The notes below the pieces were generated by a model. That model was not told the DNA's origin. It did no database searches and was given only the letters and a program-made list of their open reading frames with translations. A DNA stretch of 44,990 nt, from the NCBI GenBank assembly GCA_963557675.1, contig CAUWEI010000028.1:1-44990 (forward strand), written 5' to 3'. The position numbers and the translations under genes are program-made. This document shows, one piece after another, positions 8,644-17,059 of this stretch. Each line of letters starts with the position of its first letter. Positions within the stretch are counted from its first letter, which is position 1. The DNA is from an uncultured Oscillospiraceae bacterium (GTDB lineage: Bacteria > Bacillota > Clostridia > Oscillospirales > Oscillospiraceae).

Positions 8644-9561
8644 ATGGAGCAGATTTATGATGTCATGGTCGTAGGCGGTGGCCCTGGTGGTTATACCGCT
8701 GCCATGTACTGTGCCAGGGCCGGTCTTCGGACTGTGGTTTTGGAAAAGCTTTCCGCAGGCGGTCAGGCAGCACTTACCGAGTGGATTGACAACTACCCCG
8801 GCTTCGAGGAAGGAATCGACGGCTTTACACTGGGCGATAAAATGCGTCTGGGTGCAGAACGGTTTGGAGCAGAAACGGTCTATGCAGAAGTAACGGCCTT
8901 GTCTCTGAAGGATAAGGTGAAGACAGCTCAGACCAGTGAGGGTGTATTTCAGGCCCGGGCGGTTATTTTCGCCACGGGAGCTAACCCCAGAAAGTTGAAC
9001 CTGCCGGAGGAAGAGGCCCTGCTGGGTCGAGGGGTACACTACTGCGCCACCTGTGATGGTATGTTCTACAAAGGAAAGACCGTTGCAGTAGTAGGCGGCG
9101 GCAACAGTGCCGCAGCAGAGGCACTGGTTCTGTCCCGAATTGCGAAAAAGGTTATCGTGGTTCATCGTCGGGACAGCCTTCGTGCTACCAAGATTTACCA
9201 TGAGCCTTTGATGCAGGCGGAAAATGTGGAGTTCCGTTGGAATTCCACCGTGGAAGAACTTCTGCATGACAAGACACTCACGGGAATCATCTTGAAGGAC
9301 GTCAACACCGGAGAGCGGACACAGGTGGACTGCGATGGCGTGTTTGTCAGCATTGGCAGAAACCCCAACACAGAGCTGGTGCAGGGAGTCGTTACTCTGG
9401 ACAGAGGCTATGTGGTGGCGGATGAGTCCACCCGGACCAACCTCCCCGGCGTGTTTGCTGTGGGCGATGTCCGGACCAAGGCATTGCGTCAGGTTGCCAC
9501 GGCAGTGGGGGACGGCGCAACAGCCAGCCACTATGTGGAAGAATATCTTGCAGAACAGTAA
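8644..9561 (+). CDS. trxB: Thioredoxin-disulfide reductase
   Basis: GGGPGG FAD motif, YCATCDG redox centre, GGGNSA and HRRD NADPH motifs, FAVGDV. Confidence 0.95.
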   Translation: MEQIYDVMVVGGGPGGYTAAMYCARAGLRTVVLEKLSAGGQAALTEWIDNYPGFEEGIDGFTLGDKMRLGAERFGAETVYAEVTALSLKDKVKTAQTSEGVFQARAVIFATGANPRKLNLPEEEALLGRGVHYCATCDGMFYKGKTVAVVGGGNSAAAEALVLSRIAKKVIVVHRRDSLRATKIYHEPLMQAENVEFRWNSTVEELLHDKTLTGIILKDVNTGERTQVDCDGVFVSIGRNPNTELVQGVVTLDRGYVVADESTRTNLPGVFAVGDVRTKALRQVATAVGDGATASHYVEEYLAEQ

Positions 9562-9566
9562 ATAAG

Positions 9567-9610
9567 AAAAATCCCACCGGGTTTCGGCTGAAATCCAGGT
9601 GGGATTTTTT
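9567..9610 (+). terminator. Intrinsic terminator after trxB
   Basis: AAAAATCCCACC...GGTGGGATTTTT stem followed by a T-tract. Confidence 0.8.
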
Positions 9611-9711
9611 CTGCCTGGGGACGTTTCTGCAAAAAATCCCTTTTTTTGCAGACCTAGTGACAAACGGTTCCTTTTGTGATACAATGGATAAAACTTCCAT
9701 AGGAGGTGCAG

Positions 9712-10473
9712 ATGAAACATAGAAAATTGTGGAAATTGCTATTTCTTGTATCCCTAATCCTCACAGGATTGGTCTTTTGGTTCCAAATTTTGCACTATCG
9801 GTATGCAGGACTGATTTTGCTTGGAATCGCAGTAGCCGTGGGAATCTACTGGATTCTGGATTGTGTGGCGGCTCGCCATCCCAGAAGAGCCAGATGGATG
9901 CGGCGGTGCTTTACGCTGCTTCTGTGCCTGAGTCTTTTGGTTATGGCAGTGACAGAAGTCCTGATTTTCACAGGCTCCAAAGGAGCAAAAGAGCCGGAAA
10001 GTGACTATGTGTTGGTTCTGGGAGCCGGAGTCAATGGAACGGAACCTTCTCGGGCCTTGACACAGCGGTTGCAGGCGGCCTATCAGTACCTTGAGGACCA
10101 TCCGAAAGCCCAGTGTATCGTCTCCGGCGGCATGGGGCAGGGGGAGAGCATCACAGAGGCTTTGTGTATGTTCAACTGGCTTACAGAAAAGGGAATTGCG
10201 CCCCATCGAATTTGGATGGAGGATCAGGCTACTTCCACCATGGAAAACATCCGCTTCACCCTGAATCTTATTGAGGAAAAGACGGGAAACCGTCCGCAGG
10301 AGCTTGCGGTTGTGTCCAGCGAATACCATCTCTACCGGGCTGGGCTTATGGCAGAGGATCAAGGAATCACAATGCTTGGGGTTCCTGCCCATACAGAACC
10401 GATTCTTTCTCGTGCTCATTACTATTTCCGAGAAATTTTTGGAGTCTGGTTTTATATACTATTTGGAAATTAA
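9712..10473 (+). CDS. YdcF/ElyC/SanA (DUF218) family membrane protein
   Basis: About three N-terminal TM segments, then VLVLGAG, VSGGMG..E..TEA, EDQATSTMEN and SSEYHLYRA. ATG at 9712 follows AGGAGG. Confidence 0.88.
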   Translation: MKHRKLWKLLFLVSLILTGLVFWFQILHYRYAGLILLGIAVAVGIYWILDCVAARHPRRARWMRRCFTLLLCLSLLVMAVTEVLIFTGSKGAKEPESDYVLVLGAGVNGTEPSRALTQRLQAAYQYLEDHPKAQCIVSGGMGQGESITEALCMFNWLTEKGIAPHRIWMEDQATSTMENIRFTLNLIEEKTGNRPQELAVVSSEYHLYRAGLMAEDQGITMLGVPAHTEPILSRAHYYFREIFGVWFYILFGN

Positions 10474-10495
10474 CATATTTTGGAGGTAATGCAAC

Positions 10496-11533
10496 ATGGA
10501 TTATTCTTATGCCCGTTATGCAGCAGAGAAGGCAGCTGAGCTTCTGGCTATTGACAGCCCTTCTGGTTTTACCGAGAGTGCAGCCAAATGGGTTCTGGAG
10601 GCCTTTGGCTCTCTGGGATTTGAGGCAAAGCTGACCCAGAAGGGCGGCGTTCTGATTGACTTGGGTGGTTTGGACGAAAAGGACGGACTGCTTCTGGAAG
10701 CTCACGGCGATACTCTGGGTGCTATGGTCTCTGACATTAAGGGCAATGGTCGTCTGAAGATCACCAATCTGGGTGGTCTCAACGCCAACAATGCCGAGGC
10801 AGAAAATGTTCGGGTCTACACTCGTTCCGGCCGTGTTCTGGAAGGCACTTGCCAGTTGGCAAATGCTTCGGTCCATGTAAACAAGGACTATTCTTCCTCT
10901 CCCCGTAATTTTGACACGGTGGAAATTGTGCTGGATGAAGATGTTCAGTCCGCTGAGGATACCAAGGCACTGGGGATTCGAGTAGGGGATATGGTCTGCT
11001 TTGAGCCTCGGACCCGGATTACCGAAAGCGGCTATATTAAGAGCCGATTCCTGGATGATAAGCTGTCTGTGGGCATTTTGCTGGGCTTTGCCAAGTACCT
11101 CAAGGATAACAACCTGACTCCTGCCCGGAAGACCTGGGTCCATGTGACAGTCTATGAGGAAGTGGGTCACGGTGGTTCCGCTTCGGTTCCTGCCGGTGTC
11201 ACAGAAGCCATTTCTGTGGATATGGGCTGTGTGGGTGACGGCCTGGCTTGTACGGAGCGGATGGTCTCCATCTGCGCCAAGGACTCCGGCGGCCCCTACT
11301 CCTACGATGTGGTAGGCAAGCTCATTGCCGCTGCTGAGGCAGAGGAAGCCGACTATGCCGTGGACATCTACCCCATGTATGGCAGCGATGTAGAAGCCAC
11401 TCTGCGGGCTGGCTATGACATCCGCCATGGCCTCATTGGTGCCGGTGTCTATGCTTCTCATGGCTACGAAAGAAGCCATATCGATGGTGTCTATCAGACC
11501 TTGAAGGTTTTGAAGGGCTACTTGGGCGTATAA
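10496..11533 (+). CDS. M42-family metallo-aminopeptidase
   Basis: SPSG near the N-terminus and the metal-ligand motifs AHGDT, LDDK, YEEVG, VDMG and SHGYE. Confidence 0.9.
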   Translation: MDYSYARYAAEKAAELLAIDSPSGFTESAAKWVLEAFGSLGFEAKLTQKGGVLIDLGGLDEKDGLLLEAHGDTLGAMVSDIKGNGRLKITNLGGLNANNAEAENVRVYTRSGRVLEGTCQLANASVHVNKDYSSSPRNFDTVEIVLDEDVQSAEDTKALGIRVGDMVCFEPRTRITESGYIKSRFLDDKLSVGILLGFAKYLKDNNLTPARKTWVHVTVYEEVGHGGSASVPAGVTEAISVDMGCVGDGLACTERMVSICAKDSGGPYSYDVVGKLIAAAEAEEADYAVDIYPMYGSDVEATLRAGYDIRHGLIGAGVYASHGYERSHIDGVYQTLKVLKGYLGV

Positions 11534-11576
11534 AAATTGTTCTGAGCGAACTACAAGATGAAAAGGAGAATGTCCC

Positions 11577-13277
11577 ATGAAATTTTCTGATCTTCCTTAT
11601 AGCCGCCCCGATTTAGAGGCAACCAAGAAGGAATTGAAAGAAGTTCTGGCTCGTTTCCAGAATGCAAAGACCTTTGAAGAGGCCGATGCGGCCTATGTGG
11701 ATATGGACCGGGTCAGCGGTAAGTTTTCAACGCAGAGAACCATTGCCAGCATCCGCCGGGATATTGATACCAGAGACAGCTTCTATGATGGAGAAAAGAC
11801 CTGGTACAATCAGGTTGGCCCGGAACTGCAGGAAACCTTCCAGGAATTTGACCTGGCAACACTCAAAAGCCCCTTCCGTAAGGAGCTGGAAGCCAAATAT
11901 GGCAATGTAAGCTTCCTTAATGCGGAACTGGGCCTCAAGACCTTCTCTCCTGAGATTATTGCGGACCTGCAAAAGGAAAATGAACTGGTAGCAAAGTATA
12001 CGAAGCTGCTGGCTTCTGCCCAGATTCCCTTTGAGGGCGGCGTGTATACCCTGGCTCAGATTGCCACATTCAAGGAAGAGTCCGACGATGCTCGCCGTCT
12101 GGCAGCCTGGAATGCGGAGGGTCAGTGGTATCTGGACCACGGCCAGGAGCTGGATGAGCTGTATGACCAGTTGGTAAAGATTCGCCATAAGATGGCTCAA
12201 AAGCTGGGCTTTGAGAACTATATCGGTCTGGGTTACTGCCGGATGCAGAGAAACTGCTATGACCAGAACGACATCGAAAAGTTCCGTGCTGCGGTTCGGA
12301 AGTACTTGGTTCCTGTGGCGGACCAGATTTACCGCACTCAGGCGGAGCGTTTGGGCAAGCAGTACCCCATGAACTTTGCGGACAATGCGCTGGAATTCCG
12401 TTCCGGCAACCCCCGTCCTGCCGGAGATCCCCAGCAGATTTTGGAGATGGGTTCTACCTTCTATCGGGAACTGAGCCCGGAGACCAACGAGTTCTGGACC
12501 TCCATGCGGGAAAATGAAATGATGGATGTGCTGGCCCGTACCGGCAAGGCTGGCGGCGGCTACTGCACCAACCTGTTTGCCTATCATACCCCCTTCATTT
12601 TTGCCAGCTTCAACGGTACCTCCCACGATGTCAAGGTCATTACCCACGAAGCCGGTCACGCCTTCGCCGGTTACATGAACCGGAACCGGGTTCCTTCGGA
12701 TACCTGCTGGCCCAGCATGGAGGGCTGCGAAGTTCACTCCATGTCCATGGAGTTCTTTGCAGACCAGTGGGCAGACGGATTCTTCGGCAAGGATGCCCGG
12801 AAGTTCTGCTATTCCCACCTGTCCAACGCACTGACCTTCATTCCCTATGGTACCATGGTGGATGACTTCCAGCATCGGGTTTATGAAAAGCCCGAAATGA
12901 CACCGCAGGAGCGTCACGACGTATGGCGTGAGCTGCTGGGAATCTATATGCCTTGGATGAAGCTGGACGAAATTCCCTTCTATGGTCAGGCTATGGGCTG
13001 GCAGAGACAGAGCCACATCTACAAGACTCCCTTCTACTACATTGACTACTGCCTTGCACAGACCGTGGCTTTGGAGTTCTGGGTCAAGATTCAGAAAGAT
13101 GTGAAGGAGGCTTTCCAGACCTACCTGCGTTACACCAAACTGGGTGGCAGCCAGGTGTTTACCGACCTGCTCAAGTCCGCTGGGCTGGATAGTCCCTTTG
13201 AAGAGAAGTGTCTCAAGACGGTATGTGATGCTGCTAAGACCTATCTGGAAAATTATGACCTGACTGGTATTGCCTAA
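11577..13277 (+). CDS. M3-family oligoendopeptidase (PepF-like)
   Basis: THEAGHAF zincin motif, EVHSMSME third ligand, and HIY..PFYYIDY. Confidence 0.92.
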   Translation: MKFSDLPYSRPDLEATKKELKEVLARFQNAKTFEEADAAYVDMDRVSGKFSTQRTIASIRRDIDTRDSFYDGEKTWYNQVGPELQETFQEFDLATLKSPFRKELEAKYGNVSFLNAELGLKTFSPEIIADLQKENELVAKYTKLLASAQIPFEGGVYTLAQIATFKEESDDARRLAAWNAEGQWYLDHGQELDELYDQLVKIRHKMAQKLGFENYIGLGYCRMQRNCYDQNDIEKFRAAVRKYLVPVADQIYRTQAERLGKQYPMNFADNALEFRSGNPRPAGDPQQILEMGSTFYRELSPETNEFWTSMRENEMMDVLARTGKAGGGYCTNLFAYHTPFIFASFNGTSHDVKVITHEAGHAFAGYMNRNRVPSDTCWPSMEGCEVHSMSMEFFADQWADGFFGKDARKFCYSHLSNALTFIPYGTMVDDFQHRVYEKPEMTPQERHDVWRELLGIYMPWMKLDEIPFYGQAMGWQRQSHIYKTPFYYIDYCLAQTVALEFWVKIQKDVKEAFQTYLRYTKLGGSQVFTDLLKSAGLDSPFEEKCLKTVCDAAKTYLENYDLTGIA

Positions 13278-13297
13278 TTTTATAGTTTTGATATGAG

Positions 13298-13332
13298 AAA
13301 AGGAGCTGTCTGATGTTCAGACAGCTCCTTTT
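13298..13332. terminator. Bidirectional terminator between the M3 peptidase and cadA
   Basis: Perfect inverted repeat AAAAGGAGCTGTCTGA-TGT-TCAGACAGCTCCTTTT between convergent genes. Confidence 0.88.
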
Positions 13333-13347
13333 GTATAATTGGATAGA

Positions 13348-15189
13348 TTATCGCCCGGCTCTTGTAGCGTTCAGAATGGCAAGAACTGCCACACCAACAT
13401 CTGCAAAGATAGCCAGCCACATGGAGGCATAGCCCAGAACACTCAAGAGTAGAACGGCAAATTTGATACCCAATGCAAACACAATGTTCTGATGTGCGAC
13501 CGCCATGGTCTTTCGTGCAATGGAAATGGCTTTGGGAAGACCTTTCAGATCGTCATTCAAAAGTACCAGGTCAGCAGCTTCTACAGCTGCATCGGAACCA
13601 ATGCCGCCCATAGCTACGCCAACCTCTGCAAGGGCCAACACAGGGGCATCATTGACACCGTCGCCCACAAAGATCACAGGGGAAGTACCGTCAATGAGGG
13701 AGCGAACCTTCTCCACCTTATCCTGAGGCAGCAGGCCGGAAAACCACTTGGTAAGACTCAGCTCTTTTGCCACAGACTGGGCAGCTTCTTCCCGGTCGCC
13801 TGTGAGCATGACCGTCTCCTGTACACCCAAATCATGAAGCTGCCTGAGAACCTGGGCTGCATCAGGCTTTAAGGTATCAGAAAGATGGATAGAACCTGCA
13901 TAGACACCGTCCACAGCGGCATAAACCGCAGTGCCTCCCACAGAGGGCAAAGAGGGGGTAAATCCGTTTTCTTCCATGAACAGAGCATTTCCTGCCAGTA
14001 CCTTGTGTCCGTCCACCAGAGCGCAGATACCACGGCCGGGAACCTCTTTAAGCTCCTCGACTGTCTGCGTACGATTCCCTGCGGCGGCAACAATGGCACG
14101 GCCAATGGGATGTGTAGAAGCACTTTCCGCTCCGGCTACAAAGGCTAGAAGCTTCTCTTTGTCCATGGTTTTGGCATCGATGGAGGTGACGGAAAAGGTT
14201 CCTGTGGTCAGGGTACCGGTTTTGTCAAAGACCGCAGTTTTGGCCTTGGCCAAATTCTCCAGTGCAATGCCGCCCTTTGCAATCATGCCGGCTTTGGATG
14301 TAGCACCCATGCCGCCGAAGAAGCTCAGGGGAACGGAAATAACCAGAGCGCAGGGGCAGGAGACAACCAGGAAGTTGAGGGCACGGGTAATCCATTTCAG
14401 AAATTGCCACCCGTCAAAGATGGGGGGAATCAGGGCCAGAGCCAGGGCACCAAAAACCACACAGGGGGTATAGACTCTGGCAAAGCGAGTAATAAGACTT
14501 TCGGTTTTGGATTTTCCTTCTGTGGCAGACTCCATAAGCTCCAGAATCCGGGCCACAGTGGAAGAGGCGTATTCACTTTGCGCCTCAATGATGAGAATAC
14601 CGCTGATGTTGATGCAGCCGGAGAGAATGGAGTCTCTCGGTCCCACATCACGGGGAACGGATTCTCCTGTGATTTTTGAGGTGTCAACGGAAGAGTTGCC
14701 GGAGAGGACCACACCGTCTACAGGTATCCGATGACCGGGCAGAACCTGAATCCGGTCGCCCACTTCAACCTCTTCCGGGTCACACTCCACGGCTTCCCCG
14801 TTTCGCAGCACCAGAGCTACATCAGGCCGCAAATCCATGAGAGAGGCAACCGATTTTCTGGAGCGTTCCACAGCCACACTCTGGAACAGCTCGCCCACCT
14901 GGAAAAACAGCATGACAGCGGCACCTTCTGTGAAGTCGCCTAAGGCAAAAGCACCGATGGTAGCCACGCTCATAAGAAAATTCTCGTCAAAGACCTGTCC
15001 GTGACCAATACTTCTAAATGCTTTCCGGGCAATTTCCAGACCGCACAGAAGCCAGGAGCCAAAGAGAAGGCCACGGGAAAGCCACAGCCCCAGAGCACCG
15101 GGAAGCGTATGCTCCAAAACAATTCCAACAATAAAGCATCCAAAACCCAGAAGAATCCGGGTCAAAAGTCGTTTTTGTTTCTTTGTCAT
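13348..15189 (-). CDS. cadA: Zn/Cd/Pb-translocating P1B-type ATPase (CadA/ZntA-like) lacking an N-terminal metal-binding domain
   Basis: TGES, SCPC, DKTGT, the HP motif and GDGVND, plus the P1B-2-type C-terminal K and ADVG. Confidence 0.9.
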   Translation of the reverse strand: MTKKQKRLLTRILLGFGCFIVGIVLEHTLPGALGLWLSRGLLFGSWLLCGLEIARKAFRSIGHGQVFDENFLMSVATIGAFALGDFTEGAAVMLFFQVGELFQSVAVERSRKSVASLMDLRPDVALVLRNGEAVECDPEEVEVGDRIQVLPGHRIPVDGVVLSGNSSVDTSKITGESVPRDVGPRDSILSGCINISGILIIEAQSEYASSTVARILELMESATEGKSKTESLITRFARVYTPCVVFGALALALIPPIFDGWQFLKWITRALNFLVVSCPCALVISVPLSFFGGMGATSKAGMIAKGGIALENLAKAKTAVFDKTGTLTTGTFSVTSIDAKTMDKEKLLAFVAGAESASTHPIGRAIVAAAGNRTQTVEELKEVPGRGICALVDGHKVLAGNALFMEENGFTPSLPSVGGTAVYAAVDGVYAGSIHLSDTLKPDAAQVLRQLHDLGVQETVMLTGDREEAAQSVAKELSLTKWFSGLLPQDKVEKVRSLIDGTSPVIFVGDGVNDAPVLALAEVGVAMGGIGSDAAVEAADLVLLNDDLKGLPKAISIARKTMAVAHQNIVFALGIKFAVLLLSVLGYASMWLAIFADVGVAVLAILNATRAGR

Positions 15190-15410
15190 TTTACAACCAG
15201 TCGGCAGTCAGCGTTGATCTTGGTAATGATCTGCTGACACTCGTTCAATAAGCCTTCCATATCAGTGCCCTCCGGAACCACCAGAGACAGGCGGGAGGTC
15301 AAGAAGCTGATGGTGGCCTTTTCTACTTGGGGGAGTTTGGAAATAGCAGCTTCCATTTTTGCTGCACAGTTGGCGCAATCCAGTTCTTCCAATGCGTAAG
15401 ATTTTCTCAT
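15186..15410 (-). CDS. Stand-alone heavy-metal-associated (HMA) domain protein
   Basis: ELDCANCAAKME motif, 74 aa, ATGA overlap with cadA. Confidence 0.85.
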   Translation of the reverse strand: MRKSYALEELDCANCAAKMEAAISKLPQVEKATISFLTSRLSLVVPEGTDMEGLLNECQQIITKINADCRLVVK

Positions 15411-15413
15411 GGT

Positions 15414-15710
15414 TCATTCCTCCAAATGATCTTTTGCCATCCCAAGGATGGTTTTTACATGGTCGTCGGCTAAGCTGTATCCCACCAGTTTTCCCTGGCG
15501 GCGGCTTTTTACCAGCTTGGCCTGCTTCAAAATGCGGAGCTGATGGGAAATGGCAGATTGACTGGCACCTACCTGGTCCGCCAGCTCCTGAACGTACTGT
15601 TCTCCCTGGAACAGACAGCACAGAATTTTGATTCGGGTGGAGTCTCCAAAGACTCTGAATAGCTCTGCCATATCAATTAGGTTGTCTTCATTTTTCAAGA
15701 AATTCTCCAT
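15414..15710 (-). CDS. ArsR/SmtB-family metal-sensing repressor (alpha5 site, CzrA/SmtB-like)
   Basis: FGDSTRIKIL, the SQSAISHQLRIL HTH and DxHx10HxxE (DDHVKTILGMAKDHLEE). ATG at 15710 follows AGGAG. Confidence 0.9.
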   Translation of the reverse strand: MENFLKNEDNLIDMAELFRVFGDSTRIKILCCLFQGEQYVQELADQVGASQSAISHQLRILKQAKLVKSRRQGKLVGYSLADDHVKTILGMAKDHLEE

Positions 15711-15744
15711 TCCATCACTCCTGTACAAGTTCTCATATCTTCAC

Positions 15745-15795
15745 ATGAACAACTGTTCATATATTCAGTATACACAATGCCGACGTCTCTGTCAA
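15745..15795 (-). promoter_or_regulatory. SigmaA promoter with an ArsR/CzrA-type operator for arsR-HMA-cadA
   Basis: TTGACA (15795-15790)-17 nt-TATACT (15772-15767). The palindrome ATGAACA-AC-TGTTCAT (15745-15760) lies just downstream. Confidence 0.8.
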
Positions 15796-15818
15796 GAGGG
15801 CGGCGGCAATTTTTTTGA

Positions 15819-16601
15819 TTATCCCAGAGCCACATCCATGGCCATCATAACCGTAAACCCCAAGGTGAAACAGAGGGTAGGCAAATCGGAATGAGGTTCT
15901 TGTGCCATTTCCGGAACCAATTCTTCTACCACTACATAAATCATAGCTCCTGCGGCAAAGCTTAGAAAGTAGGGAAGAATGGGGACGACCATAGAGGCGG
16001 CTAAAATGGTAACAATTGCACCCAGTGGTTCAATGACACCGGAACCAACGCCATAGAGAAAAGATTTGAAGATTCCTTTTCCCTGTGAACGCAAGGGCAT
16101 GGAAATAATGGCTCCTTCCGGGAAATTCTGAATGGCGATTCCCATAGACAGGGCCATAGCACCGGCTACCGTAATGCCTGCCTGCCCTGTCATCAGTCCG
16201 GCATAAATGACACCGACCGCCATTCCTTCCGGCAGGTTGTGCAGCGTAACCGCCAGCACCAGCATGGTACTGCGGCCCAGAGAGCTGGCAGGGCCTTCAC
16301 TGTGGGTACTGCCGGAATGAAGATGTGGGATGATGTGGTCGAGAAGCAGAAGAAACCCAACACCAAGCCAGAATCCTACAACGGCTGGGATAAACGCCCA
16401 TGGCCCCATATGTTCCGATTGCTCCATTGCAGGAATCAACAGACTCCATACCGAGGCAGCCACCATCACTCCGGCAGCAAACCCGGTAAGACTCCGCTGC
16501 AACAGAGCATTCAGACGACCTCTCATAAAAAATACACAGGCTGCTCCCAGAGAAGTTCCCAAAAAGGGAACTAAAATTCCTTTCCAAACTTCACTATTCA
16601 T
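15819..16601 (-). CDS. ZIP-family (ZupT/GufA) metal transporter
   Basis: TLHNLPEG and IQNFPEG motifs, a His-containing loop (IPHLHSGSTH) and multiple TM helices. ATG at 16601 follows AAAGGAG. Confidence 0.9.
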   Translation of the reverse strand: MNSEVWKGILVPFLGTSLGAACVFFMRGRLNALLQRSLTGFAAGVMVAASVWSLLIPAMEQSEHMGPWAFIPAVVGFWLGVGFLLLLDHIIPHLHSGSTHSEGPASSLGRSTMLVLAVTLHNLPEGMAVGVIYAGLMTGQAGITVAGAMALSMGIAIQNFPEGAIISMPLRSQGKGIFKSFLYGVGSGVIEPLGAIVTILAASMVVPILPYFLSFAAGAMIYVVVEELVPEMAQEPHSDLPTLCFTLGFTVMMAMDVALG

Positions 16602-16672
16602 GTAATACCACTCCTTTCGCAAACTATTTTCAGGCTATGCAAAAAAGATCAAATTGGTTCCCCAAAAAAGAC

Positions 16673-16726
16673 TTGACAAAAAAGAAGGGCAGGTATATAC
16701 TGTGAATATACCCCAGGGGGGTATAT
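16673..16726 (+). promoter_or_regulatory. SigmaA promoter with a CsoR operator
   Basis: TTGACA-17 nt-TATACT, followed by ATATACCCC-AGG-GGGGTATAT (16706-16726), the G/C-tract palindrome typical of CsoR operators. Confidence 0.85.
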
Positions 16727-16740
16727 GGAGGTACAACCGA

Positions 16741-17046
16741 ATGGAAGAAAAAACTTGTTGCTGCAATAAAAAGACAACTCAGCGACCGGAAGAACAGGTA
16801 AAAAAGCTAATGCATCGACTCAGTCGAATAGAAGGTCAGATTCGTGGAATCCGGTCTATGGTGGAAAATGGAGCATACTGCAATGACATTCTCATCCAGT
16901 CTGCTGCTGTAACGGCTGCCATGAACGCATTCAATCGAGAGCTTTTAGCCAGCCACATCCGCAGCTGTGTGGCTCGTGACATCCGAAATGGAGACGACCA
17001 GGTGATCGATGAGCTGGTAGAAACATTGCAAAGACTGATGAAATAA
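16741..17046 (+). CDS. csoR: Copper-sensing repressor CsoR
   Basis: [12 protein letters not shown] and the C-H-C fingerprint (YCND, SHIRSC). It lies upstream of copA. Confidence 0.9.
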   Translation: MEEKTCCCNKKTTQRPEEQVKKLMHRLSRIEGQIRGIRSMVENGAYCNDILIQSAAVTAAMNAFNRELLASHIRSCVARDIRNGDDQVIDELVETLQRLMK

Positions 17047-17059
17047 GGAAGGAGAACAT

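Noticed and set aside
8125-9720. Long antisense ORFs (531 aa here; others opposite the M42 and M3 peptidases, dnaB, ftsH and gpmI)
   Set aside because: They are shadows of well-conserved genes on the other strand and show no recognisable motifs.
15747-15758. Perfect Firmicute LexA core GAAC-AACT-GTTC
   Set aside because: It is the centre of the longer palindrome ATGAACA-AC-TGTTCAT directly upstream of an ArsR gene, so it is better explained as a CzrA/SmtB-type operator.
16711-16721. C4/G6 tracts as a phase-variation site
   Set aside because: They are short and are the expected core of a CsoR operator.
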